Assembly: GCA_021208605.1 (NCBI GenBank) | Contig: JAJOJK010000002.1 | Coordinates: 103,851 to 167,850, forward strand | Length of the DNA: 64,000 nt | DNA from: Candidatus Woesebacteria bacterium | GTDB taxonomy: Bacteria > Patescibacteriota > Microgenomatia > UBA1400 > UBA1396 | Direction of reading: 5' to 3' | Shown here: in pieces, positions 17,836 through 26,862 of the stretch | How the letters are laid out: every line of letters starts with the position of its first letter | How positions within the stretch are numbered: position 1 is the stretch's first letter | Notes under the pieces: model-generated | Database searches by the model: none | Told to the model about the DNA's origin: nothing | Seen by the model: the letters and a program-made list of their open reading frames with translations, nothing else | Position numbers and translations under genes: made by a program

Positions 17836-19044
17836 ATGCGACTCTACGAGTACGAAGCCAAACACATTCTTGAGAAACACGATGTTGCAATCCCGAATGA
17901 ACTCAGTCGGGGACCTGTAGCACAACTCTCGTTCGAACAGCCAGCTGTCCTCAAAGGCCAAGTCCTGTTTGGGAACCGCAAGCAAGCAGGCCTCATTCAC
18001 CTTGTACACTCTGAAACCGATTTCACTTCCGCTACGCAAACGCTCGCCAAAAGTCTGCAAGAGCAGTCACTTTCACCAGAGAGAACAGACATCGTCATTG
18101 AAGAACTCATTCCCTACACCGACGAAGTCTATCTCGCCATCCGCTATGACACCCGCACCCGCCTGCCAGTGATTCTATTTTCCGCTGACGGCGGCAGTGG
18201 CATTGAAGAACGTTCGGAGCACGCCGGCTTGCAGACGTACCCTCTGCAGGATTTGGCCAAAACGAAACTACCACAGCTTCATCCGCACATCTCAGCCGAA
18301 TGGCTACAGAATTTCGTCGATATGTTCTTTGCTGAAGATATGACACTCATGGAAATCAACCCGCTGGTATTTGTAGAGAATCAACCAATCGCTCTCGACG
18401 CCAAAATCGAACTCGATGATACCGCCGCCTTCCGCCACCCCGAATGGGAAAACTACCCGCCGCGCACGCTGTTTGAACGGGAGCCCACCGAGCGTGAACA
18501 AGCGGCCAAGCGGGTAAATGCGCTCGACCACCGTGGTGTTGCCGGAGCCGCCTACTTTGAATTCCCTGGAACAGTCGGTATCTTGGCCTCTGGTGGGGGC
18601 GCTTCCTTGCTCGCCATGGATGCCTTGCTGACCACCGATATTCGACCAGCCAACTACACCGAGTATTCCGGTAATCCCACCCGCGAAAAAGTTCATGCCC
18701 TTTCGGAAATTGTCATGTCACAAGAAGGCTTGGAAGGTCTATGGGTAATTGGTGGCCACGCGAACTTTACCGATATCTACGAAACTTTGATGGGCGTCCT
18801 GGACGCCGTGGAAAGCGCCAGTGAAACCGGGCGCATCAGGCCTGGCTTCCCGGTAGTGATTCGCCGTGGCGGACCGCGCCAAGAAGAAGCCTTTGCTGAG
18901 TGCAAAAAGCGCGCTCAACAGCTGAACATTGCCCTCCATCTTTATGACTCGTCATTCCCGATCACCGACACCGTGGCCGTACTGGAAGATGCGGTTCACG
19001 CCTACCAAAAACACTCCGAGGATTCTCATGTCGATCTTACTTGA
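17836..19044 (+). CDS. ATP-citrate lyase / citryl-CoA synthetase large (ATP-grasp) subunit
   Basis: MRLYEYEAK, EINPL, LDAK..LDDTA.FR, and citrate-binding-type ANYTEYSGNP, GGHANFTDI, RRGGP. Confidence 0.85.
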   Translation: MRLYEYEAKHILEKHDVAIPNELSRGPVAQLSFEQPAVLKGQVLFGNRKQAGLIHLVHSETDFTSATQTLAKSLQEQSLSPERTDIVIEELIPYTDEVYLAIRYDTRTRLPVILFSADGGSGIEERSEHAGLQTYPLQDLAKTKLPQLHPHISAEWLQNFVDMFFAEDMTLMEINPLVFVENQPIALDAKIELDDTAAFRHPEWENYPPRTLFEREPTEREQAAKRVNALDHRGVAGAAYFEFPGTVGILASGGGASLLAMDALLTTDIRPANYTEYSGNPTREKVHALSEIVMSQEGLEGLWVIGGHANFTDIYETLMGVLDAVESASETGRIRPGFPVVIRRGGPRQEEAFAECKKRAQQLNIALHLYDSSFPITDTVAVLEDAVHAYQKHSEDSHVDLT

Positions 19045-19930
19045 CGCCTCCACCCGCCTGCTTATTCAAGGTATTACCGGAAAAGAAGGTTTGCGCTCAC
19101 TTGAATGGGTAACTGCCTACGGCACGAAAGTAGTAGCCGGTGTCACGCCCGGAAAAGGCGGCCAAGAAGTCGACGGAATTCCAGTCTACAACTCGGTTGA
19201 CGAAGCCGTCGCCGCTCACCCAGAAATCAATGCCAGTTCCATTTATGCTCCGCCCCGCTTTGTGCGCGCGGCCGCTTTGGAAGCGATTGCAGCCGACGTA
19301 CCGCTTATCCACATTATTGGTGAAGAAGTACCAGTGAAAGATACAGTAGACATTCTGCACGCTGCCCAAAAGAAAGGCGTACGCATTGTGGGGCCAGCAT
19401 CAATTGGGCTTATCTCTCCAGGTAAATCAAAAATTGGCTCCATTGGCGGTGATGATAATCAGCAGTTTGCGCCAGGAAACGTGGCTATCATTTCCAAATC
19501 TGGCGGCATGAGCAGTGAAATTGCCTTGCTGCTAAAAGCCCATGGATACGGACAATCAACCGTAATTGGGATTGGTGGAAACCAACTAATTGGCACCACG
19601 TATGCTGACGTCGTCGACGACTTAGAGAATGATGATGACACTGCCGCTGTCATCATTATTGGGGAAATTGGCGGGTTATATGAAGAATTGTTAGCAGAGA
19701 AACTCGCTACGCTCCCCAACCATAAACCCTATATTGCCTTTATCAGTGGTCGCTTTGCTGAAACGCTGCCCCAGGGAATGAGCTTTGGCCACGCTGGCGC
19801 TATTGTCGACAAACACATTGGCACCCGAATCGGAAAAATCGAACAACTGCAAGCAGTCGGCGCGCATATTGCTGAGAATCCATCTGCTATAGTAAAAATA
19901 CTCGACGAAATCGGAATACCAAAGGAGTAA
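19028..19930 (+). CDS. Citryl-CoA synthetase small subunit (SucD/AclA-N-like)
   Basis: IQGITG, GVTPGKGG, SKSGGMS, GEIGG, phospho-His motif FGHAGA. Confidence 0.85.
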   Translation: MSILLDASTRLLIQGITGKEGLRSLEWVTAYGTKVVAGVTPGKGGQEVDGIPVYNSVDEAVAAHPEINASSIYAPPRFVRAAALEAIAADVPLIHIIGEEVPVKDTVDILHAAQKKGVRIVGPASIGLISPGKSKIGSIGGDDNQQFAPGNVAIISKSGGMSSEIALLLKAHGYGQSTVIGIGGNQLIGTTYADVVDDLENDDDTAAVIIIGEIGGLYEELLAEKLATLPNHKPYIAFISGRFAETLPQGMSFGHAGAIVDKHIGTRIGKIEQLQAVGAHIAENPSAIVKILDEIGIPKE

Positions 19931-19934
19931 CTCC

Positions 19935-20693
19935 ATGCCAGATCTTACTTTTCGCACACAAGTCAGCGGAAAACACGAGGGAATTCACTTTGTTCGTGAT
20001 CTACCGCAAAGCGATTTAGTCGCTAATTCTTCATTTGCAGCTGCCGTTTATTATATGATCACTGGCCGCCAGCCAGATGCGGCGCAAGAAAAAGTTTTCA
20101 ACGCCATTTTGGTAGCCAGCATGGATCACGGTATTAGCCCGGCTTCCGGATTTGTGCCGCGCGTGGTTGCTTCCACAGGAAATAATCTGGTCCACTCCAT
20201 GGCTGCGGGTATTTTGGCTTTGGGCCCCTATCATGGCTTGGCGATCGAAGATGCTGCCAAAACGCTCGTGCAGGTGAAAGAAAAAGGCATAGAATCCCTG
20301 GAAGAATCACACTTTGCACCAAAAAAACGAATTCTCGGCCTCGGCCACCCGCACTACAAACATACTGATCCGCGGACTGATCAGCTCTTTGCGCTCGCCC
20401 GGGATGCTGGCCTCTCCACCGAGTACCAAGATGTCATGCATTCGGTGCAGGCTGCCGTCTATGAGCGACTCGAAAAGCACCTCGTTATAAATATTGACGG
20501 CGGCATTGCTGCCTTGCTCCTTGACCTCGGATTTCCACCCGAAGCCGGAAACGCCCTTTTTGCCATGGCGCGCATGGGTGGCATGATCGCGCATGTTTTG
20601 GAAGAAATTCAAAAAGAAAAACCCGTACGACGTGTGGACGAAAGTGATGTGCACTTTACCCCACCACATATTTCAGAAGGAAGTGAGGAATAA
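19935..20693 (+). CDS. Citryl-CoA lyase (citrate synthase fold)
   Basis: DHG..PAS, GPYHGLAIE, GLGHP, DPR, NIDG, R..G.IAH..EE. Confidence 0.87.
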   Translation: MPDLTFRTQVSGKHEGIHFVRDLPQSDLVANSSFAAAVYYMITGRQPDAAQEKVFNAILVASMDHGISPASGFVPRVVASTGNNLVHSMAAGILALGPYHGLAIEDAAKTLVQVKEKGIESLEESHFAPKKRILGLGHPHYKHTDPRTDQLFALARDAGLSTEYQDVMHSVQAAVYERLEKHLVINIDGGIAALLLDLGFPPEAGNALFAMARMGGMIAHVLEEIQKEKPVRRVDESDVHFTPPHISEGSEE

Positions 20694-21988
20694 TGCAGCA
20701 CGCAGAGGTAACCGCCGTTATCTTGGCCGGTGGAGTTGGGAAACGTTTTGTCCCTTTCAAAACAGATAAAACGCTCTTTCCCTTTTTAGGACAATCACTT
20801 CTGGAAAGAACCCTTGGCATGGTATCCAAAGCGGGAATTCAATCGGTCATTGTGGCCGTAAACCCCTACAACCAAACCTGGGTACAAGCTGCGCAAACCA
20901 GATTCCCAGAGCTGAACATCACCACCCAACTCCAAGAAAAACCGCAAGGCATGGGTGACGCGCTCCTCACACTGCGCGATCTCCTTCCCGAGCAGCATAT
21001 TGTAGTCATGAACGCTGGCGACATGGTTACCCCTGACTTGCTCAACAACCTGCTCAACACTGCAGACGGAAAAGAAACCGTCTTGACCGGCATGTATACT
21101 CCTGAGTACCAACCACTGGGATACTTTGTGCTCGATGAAAACGAGAAAGTCGTCGGAATCATGGAAAAACCGGGTGCGGACAACATGCCAAGTCATCTCT
21201 CGAATTTAGTGTTCCACTACTTTGCGGATGCACAAGGATTTGTCTCTCTGGTTGCTGATGCACAAGCCACAGCCACCGCCGAAAGCGACGATGTCTACGA
21301 ACAAGCCCTAGATCGCCTCATGAAAACTCAGCCCGTTGACGTCTTCCGCTACGAAGGTCCCTGGCAAAAACTCAAGTTTGGCTACCACGTACTCGATATG
21401 ATCGAGTTCTTCCTGCAACCGCTTTCTCGAGATATCTCTGCTGAAGCTGAAATTGCCCCTACCGCCGTGGTGAACGGCGAAGTCGTGGTCGCTCCGGGCG
21501 CCCGAATTCTTGATGGCGCTATCGTGCAAGGACCCTGTTACATCGGTCCCAACGCCCTTATTGGGAACAATGCACTGGTGCGCAACAGTATTGTGGAAAC
21601 CGGTGCCGTGGTCGGCTTTGGCAGCGAGGTTGTCCGAAGCTATGTGGGTCCAAAATGTGATCTGCACCATGCGTATGTGGGTGATTCTGTTTTGGAGGAA
21701 GGCGTTCACTTTGGCTTTAATGCTCACACGGCCAACTATCGTTTCGATCACCAACCGGTGCCAATGAAATGGGTTACTGGCAAAACCGAAACTCCCAAAA
21801 ACAAACTCGGCGCTCTGATTGCAAAAAACACCGAAATCGGTGTCAATGCTTCACTCTTGCCTGGAGTCTGTATTGGAACAAAAGCCGTAATTTACCCAGC
21901 TACGGTGGTTTTTGCTGCTGTTCCAGACCATGCCGTGGTAAAAGAAAATCGCACGCAGACCATCGAAACTCAGCCTACCACAGACTGA
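20693..21988 (+). CDS. Bifunctional sugar-1-phosphate nucleotidyltransferase/acetyltransferase (archaeal GlmU-like)
   Basis: ILAGG.GKRF.P...K, EKP, hexapeptide repeats, YVGDS, TANYRFD, KLGALI. Confidence 0.85.
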   Translation: MQHAEVTAVILAGGVGKRFVPFKTDKTLFPFLGQSLLERTLGMVSKAGIQSVIVAVNPYNQTWVQAAQTRFPELNITTQLQEKPQGMGDALLTLRDLLPEQHIVVMNAGDMVTPDLLNNLLNTADGKETVLTGMYTPEYQPLGYFVLDENEKVVGIMEKPGADNMPSHLSNLVFHYFADAQGFVSLVADAQATATAESDDVYEQALDRLMKTQPVDVFRYEGPWQKLKFGYHVLDMIEFFLQPLSRDISAEAEIAPTAVVNGEVVVAPGARILDGAIVQGPCYIGPNALIGNNALVRNSIVETGAVVGFGSEVVRSYVGPKCDLHHAYVGDSVLEEGVHFGFNAHTANYRFDHQPVPMKWVTGKTETPKNKLGALIAKNTEIGVNASLLPGVCIGTKAVIYPATVVFAAVPDHAVVKENRTQTIETQPTTD

Positions 21989-22038
21989 TTTTTCCCTGAT
22001 TTGCGCGGGGACATAACCAGGGTATAATACTCGATATT

Positions 22039-22125
22039 GCCGGGGTGGCGGAATTGGTAGACGCGCGAGACTTAAAATCTCGTTCCTTCACCGGAGTATG
22101 GGTTCGATTCCCATCCTCGGCACCA
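22039..22125 (+). tRNA. tRNA-Leu (TAA), CCA encoded
   Basis: GCCGGGG acceptor, CGAGA-CTTAAAA-TCTCG anticodon arm, long variable arm, GGTTCGATTCC. Confidence 0.97.
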
Positions 22126-22140
22126 CAGTATCTTTTTTTA

Positions 22141-22168
22141 TTGCTTTTTCTTACCGGTGCGGTATAAT
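22141..22168 (+). promoter_or_regulatory. Sigma70-type promoter
   Basis: TTGCTT-16 nt-TATAAT. Confidence 0.6.
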
Positions 22169-22286
22169 GTTTTTTTAACATGGGAATTTCGCATGAGAAC
22201 AGGGCACCTTACCAGTGTCTTTTTTTTGCCAAGACATGCTTACTTGCTCTTCCACCGTGTAAGAAGAGCTTCCTTTCTATTTCTCT

Positions 22287-22308
22287 AGGCGACGTGAGTC
22301 GCTTTTTT
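22287..22308 (+). terminator. Terminator-like hairpin in the leader of the HD-domain gene
   Basis: AGGCGAC-GTGA-GTCGCTT-TTTT. Confidence 0.65.
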
Positions 22309-22330
22309 GTATAACAGACAGTGAGGCACA

Positions 22331-23516
22331 ATGGTAGCTCTTCGAAAAAGCGAACTTGAATATGGGTCCGTGGAAAGACATCCACTTTTGCTCGCCGAGC
22401 AACTTGATACGCTTATTTTCCAACATCAAGCAGAAATACAATCTATACCGGAAGACTGGGCTCGAGAACTCCTTCAGAGACCAGATGTGAAAGACCATAT
22501 CGTGCGTCTCACACAACAAGCACAGCATATTTTGACCGAACCACTGCGAACGTATCGCCAAAGTATGAATCCAAATCAAAAAAAAATTCGCTCTGCAAGA
22601 ACTTCAAAAAGCCTATCTTGATTTTTATTTACTTGTCGCTCCACACTCTGAACCACAAGCCAATCCACGAATCTTAGAAGCCCAAAATCGACGAAACGCA
22701 TTGCATGTGAGCCAAACAACAGGACATCGTATTCCACAAGTCTGGCTACCTGAATACCCCTCTGACACCGGACGCCACCGAGACCACGAACTTACTCCGA
22801 TCACATCTCTCAATGAAGTTGAAAAAGAACGTGTCGATGGTTGGTGGGGAACAAACGGACTCCTTGTTCATTTGGTCGGGGTGACTAATCTCTACGAAGG
22901 GCTTGTATCACTTATCAAAGAAGACCTTCCCAATCATCCCAACATGAGCCCTAGATTTAGAAATACCATCTCAAATATAAACACAGGCGATGGGATTATC
23001 TCTCTTTGGGGACATGATATTGGCCGCTTAGTAACACATCACCGAGTGCTTCACGCAGTTGTTAGCCAAATTATGCTTAAAATGATTGGATTTTCTGGTT
23101 TAGAAATGCAAGATCACGAACTTTCTATAAAGCATGGCTTTGCGAATTCCAACATAGAAGAAGGTTTTCATCCAGACCATATGGCTTTGATACTGAGAGA
23201 AATGCCAATAGATGAACTTATTTGGTACGGAGCCGATATGGTATCTAAACTACGACCAAATGGCACTATTCGTCGTCCCCGGACTTTCTATCGTGCAATG
23301 AAAGAAAGTGAATGGAAATATGTCAAAGCTGATGACATGGCAACGAAACATAACTATATTCGCCAAGCCCTATTTGCCGCCGTACTTGGAAATGCGCTCA
23401 CTGCTGACTCGGGACTTCGACTCACTCCAGAGCAAGCCGATGCCCCATTTGTACGAGCCGAACTCACTATGCATCGGTTTTTGCATAAACTCCAATCCAC
23501 ACGACCAACTCGATAA
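22331..23516 (+). CDS. HD-domain-like protein, split by a frameshift in an A9 run
   Basis: Removing one A at 22578-22586 joins ORF 22331-22621 to ORF 22701-23516 with no stop. H...HDIGR...H...AD pattern; GAGG RBS. Confidence 0.7.
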
Positions 23517-23529
23517 CAGCGTTTCGACA

Positions 23530-23658
23530 TTGATAGTTCTCCAATCTGTGCTATACTATCCGATAACTCAAGGATGATCCGTCGATCATTCTTGATCCAA
23601 GCAACGTAACCTGCACCGCAGGTGAAACCAAGCATCAAGAATTAGCAAGGATCATCAC
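23530..23658 (+). promoter_or_regulatory. Promoter plus structured 5' leader with two alternative folds
   Basis: TTGATA-16-TATACT (with TG). Nested 8-, 9- and 6-bp stems compete with a 12-bp local hairpin. Confidence 0.7.
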
Positions 23659-24552
23659 ATGGCAGTTGAGCTTAGTAATTCCCTTACTTTTCACTATTAT
23701 CCCACCAGCGAACTCGCTCTTGGTGACCGTGTTGTCGGAAATGGTCGACGTCGAAAAGCGTTCGAACAAGGCACCGATCGTCACTGGGGGAAAGCTGAAG
23801 CTGCAGACTCTGCGGAAGAAGTTCAAGGTGGCGTCTTTGCTATTGCTGTTGCGAAGTGTCTTATGGGGTTTGACAATATGCCAGAATCATATCGGGACAC
23901 CATAGTATCAGGTGATATTATGCCACGCATTGGCACCGAATTCTTCAAAAAACCCCAAAATACTGATTACTCGCAAGAAATTAAAGCGAATTTTGCCCGC
24001 CTCTCGGAAGAAAAAGGGATCTATACGCTGGAATCATCTACTGCGGTGGGCACCCGTGGCGAGCACGAAAATCCAGATATCCGTTCTTTTGGCCTTGCGA
24101 CACAATTACACATTAACAATGATACCTTACGAGAACTCCAAACTGACCAGGGATTTTCCAAATACCAGAAAATGTTCGAGGAGCTCAACGGACATAGTTT
24201 TACTCTCGCCAATGTGGCCGGTGGGTTGTGTGCAGAAGTGTTATTTGCCCTAAATGCGGTCGAGAGCGTTGACGGCGTCAACATTCAGGAGTGCAGCCAT
24301 CAGGAGATTCTCGAAGCGGTCTCCACCAAGGACACTGAACTCTACTGGGCCATCTATGGTTCGCTGTACACCGCAATCTATACTATCTCGCCATTTGCGA
24401 TGGAATATACCGAAAAGAAAAAGCAGAGCACAAAAACAAAAAATTCACTGCCTGATATCGTCGACCGACTCTCTTCTATGCCTGATATCGAAACCCTCAC
24501 GCTGCGTGTCCTCATGAAAATGGCGCAAAATAAACCATACATCACTCGATAG
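23659..24552 (+). CDS. Hypothetical protein
   Basis: 297-aa ORF with AAGGA RBS; no motif recognised. Confidence 0.75.
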   Translation: MAVELSNSLTFHYYPTSELALGDRVVGNGRRRKAFEQGTDRHWGKAEAADSAEEVQGGVFAIAVAKCLMGFDNMPESYRDTIVSGDIMPRIGTEFFKKPQNTDYSQEIKANFARLSEEKGIYTLESSTAVGTRGEHENPDIRSFGLATQLHINNDTLRELQTDQGFSKYQKMFEELNGHSFTLANVAGGLCAEVLFALNAVESVDGVNIQECSHQEILEAVSTKDTELYWAIYGSLYTAIYTISPFAMEYTEKKKQSTKTKNSLPDIVDRLSSMPDIETLTLRVLMKMAQNKPYITR

Positions 24553-24613
24553 ATTTCACCGCTCAGCTTTCTCTGTAATTACTAGCCTGCCTTGTGATAG
24601 AATAACCTCTATC

Positions 24614-24687
24614 GCGGGAGTAGCTCAGCTGGCTAGAGCGTCTGCCTTCCAAGCAGAAGGTCGCGGGTTCGAATCCCGTCTCCCGCT
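24614..24687 (+). tRNA. tRNA-Gly (TCC), CCA not encoded
   Basis: GCGGGAG/CTCCCGC acceptor, TCTGC-CTTCCAA-GCAGA anticodon arm, GGTTCGAATCC. Confidence 0.97.
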
Positions 24688-24775
24688 CTTTTTAATTTTT
24701 CCACATCATATCGACATTTTTAAAAAAAAGAGATAGAATGCCAGTAATTCCAGTGAAAAACAAGAAAAAGAGTTT

Positions 24776-25246
24776 ATGAACGGACCAGAAAGACCTGGTG
24801 CAGGACCTACTTTAGAAGAAGCACGAAAGTATTCAAAGAATTATTTTGAAAAGTTCAGTTTCAAAAGAGCTGAGCTCCTTGAAAAGTTAAGAAGATTTTA
24901 TTCTCCAACCAATTCTTATGGATGGCACATATACGAGAGTCAACAAGACCTCAAAGTTCGTAATGACTCCTTTGATGCCGTATCTTTGCATAACGATATT
25001 GAGATTGCAATCTACCTCTGTCTTGAAACAGACAATATCCCTTCATGCTTCTATATAGGAAACACGAATGAATTACATGCACCATGGGATATTTCTCTCA
25101 GTGACTTCAAAGACTTCTTAACACCCGCTCAGCGAAAAAAAATCTTGACGACTTTTCTAGAAAATAATACATATAATCTTGGAATCACTCTTGAGGATTT
25201 AGAAAATGGTGCTGACTCCGGCACAAATAATATTCCACATCGTTAG
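24776..25246 (+). CDS. Hypothetical protein
   Basis: 156-aa ORF in AT-rich DNA. Confidence 0.65.
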   Translation: MNGPERPGAGPTLEEARKYSKNYFEKFSFKRAELLEKLRRFYSPTNSYGWHIYESQQDLKVRNDSFDAVSLHNDIEIAIYLCLETDNIPSCFYIGNTNELHAPWDISLSDFKDFLTPAQRKKILTTFLENNTYNLGITLEDLENGADSGTNNIPHR

Positions 25247-25274
25247 AAAATAAATATGTTTCTACGAAACAGAA

Positions 25275-26294
25275 TCAACTCATTACTGAATCGATATTAG
25301 ATTCGCTCACTGGCAGTATCTCATATGAAAATGTGCCTAGTTTACGAGACGTATATCCTTCTGGCAAGGTAGGCGCTTCTCCTAACCGAAGCGTGTCAGC
25401 TGCAAATAACAACTTGCCATCAGGCGCAAGGCAAGACAGTTGCTGCTGCAAAGTGGATTCAGGTGGACCATATACATTAATAACGAGTTCGGCATCGGCA
25501 ACGAGTGGCTGATACTCGTCTGGAAAACGATCCGAATCAGTAAGCATATGTTGAAGTATCGTCAACTTCCCTTCGGCCTCAGCTTGCAGAAGCATTTCGA
25601 TAGTACGAATTTTTGTAGCTAAAGAAGGTGGCGCTTGTTGAGCAAATCCATGTTCATCGATATACTCTTGGAGACCTTTTAATTCATCCAGCAACTCCGC
25701 ATAGTTAAGAGTATCCACCACCACTATCTCAGGCAGGTCTCTGTGTGTATCGTCTAGTTCAAAAAATTGAATCACATCTAAGGGTGTGGGACTCATGCCG
25801 TTACCAAGGAAAACTATTTTTCGGGTTGTTGTCGTCAGTAATGCAATATATTCTTGCTCTGCTTGATGTATTTCTTCAGGCGCGGGATTCTCGGAGCAAA
25901 ATATTAGCCGGGCGGTTTCACTTGTGGACCGATCTGTGATGCCCGAGCCACCAAGAAAGTTTGGTGTTTCCACACCACTCAACAGTTGTATCATTTCATT
26001 CTGACGACGATCCCAAAGATCACGCTTCTCTGGATCATTATACAGGCCAGCTAAATACGCAATTAATGCGCGCTTGCTCTCATATTCTGACTGCTTTGCA
26101 TTCACCCCATATTCATGGTCTGCAAACCGTTGGATAAGCTCATCCCCGTTGAGGTTTTGGGCCGTTTTTTCCCGTGGAAAAATCAAAATATCCTCATGGC
26201 CAAATTCGAAACGAAAATGGTGTGTTCGACGAGAATACTCGTGGCAAAGAATCTGTAAAAAAAGGTTGTTGCGTTGCTCAGTGCGTGAAGTCAT
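25275..26294 (-). CDS. Hypothetical protein, possible Rossmann/SAM-methyltransferase-like C-terminal domain
   Basis: 339-aa ORF; KIVFLGNGMS, IVVVD, LVINVYGPP. Confidence 0.6.
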   Translation of the reverse strand: MTSRTEQRNNLFLQILCHEYSRRTHHFRFEFGHEDILIFPREKTAQNLNGDELIQRFADHEYGVNAKQSEYESKRALIAYLAGLYNDPEKRDLWDRRQNEMIQLLSGVETPNFLGGSGITDRSTSETARLIFCSENPAPEEIHQAEQEYIALLTTTTRKIVFLGNGMSPTPLDVIQFFELDDTHRDLPEIVVVDTLNYAELLDELKGLQEYIDEHGFAQQAPPSLATKIRTIEMLLQAEAEGKLTILQHMLTDSDRFPDEYQPLVADAELVINVYGPPESTLQQQLSCLAPDGKLLFAADTLRLGEAPTLPEGYTSRKLGTFSYEILPVSESNIDSVMS

Positions 26295-26335
26295 GATGTA
26301 AGTGTACCTTTTTACATCGAAAAATCGAATATCCT

Positions 26336-26860
26336 ATGCAGTATCTTATTGAAATTATTAGCTTTTTTCTGATCCTATTCTTTCCAGAGACTACAACGCT
26401 TCTCGAAACATCAGCTGCACCGTCTACTCACATGCAGACATTATCAGCTATCAGAGTTATCGACGGCGACACCCTCAAAATCGCCTCGAGCGAGTCCACC
26501 CTCACCATCCGCGTCATCGGCATCAACACGCCCGAAACAAAAGACCCCCGTAAACCGGTGGAGTGCTTCGGTCAAGAAGCTTCGCAGAAGATGACGGAAC
26601 TTGTACAGGGTCAAACAGTCACCCTCATTGCGGACCCCTCACAAACGGATCGGGATCGCTATGATCGTTTGTTGCGCTATGTCGAACTCTCTGACGGTCG
26701 TGACGTCGGTGAAATCCTCATCCGCGAGGGATATGCGCAGGAGTACACCTACAACTCGCCGTACGCCCGACAAACAATATATAGAGAAGCCGAACAAGAA
26801 GCTCGCGACAACCAACGCGGCCTCTGGTCACCTGACACCTGTCCTGGATATGCGGAATGA
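26336..26860 (+). CDS. Thermonuclease (SNase family), exported
   Basis: RVIDGDT, IRVIGINTPE, DRYDRLLRYV, RGLW. Confidence 0.93.
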   Translation: MQYLIEIISFFLILFFPETTTLLETSAAPSTHMQTLSAIRVIDGDTLKIASSESTLTIRVIGINTPETKDPRKPVECFGQEASQKMTELVQGQTVTLIADPSQTDRDRYDRLLRYVELSDGRDVGEILIREGYAQEYTYNSPYARQTIYREAEQEARDNQRGLWSPDTCPGYAE

Positions 26861-26862
26861 AA

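Noticed and set aside
17836-19930. Annotation as succinyl-CoA synthetase sucCD
   Set aside because: ACL-type citrate-binding motifs and the adjacent citryl-CoA lyase favour citrate activation.
23573-23656. Rod structure as SRP RNA, 6S RNA or hammerhead ribozyme
   Set aside because: No SRP domain IV motif, too short for 6S, no CUGANGA core; it abuts a start codon.
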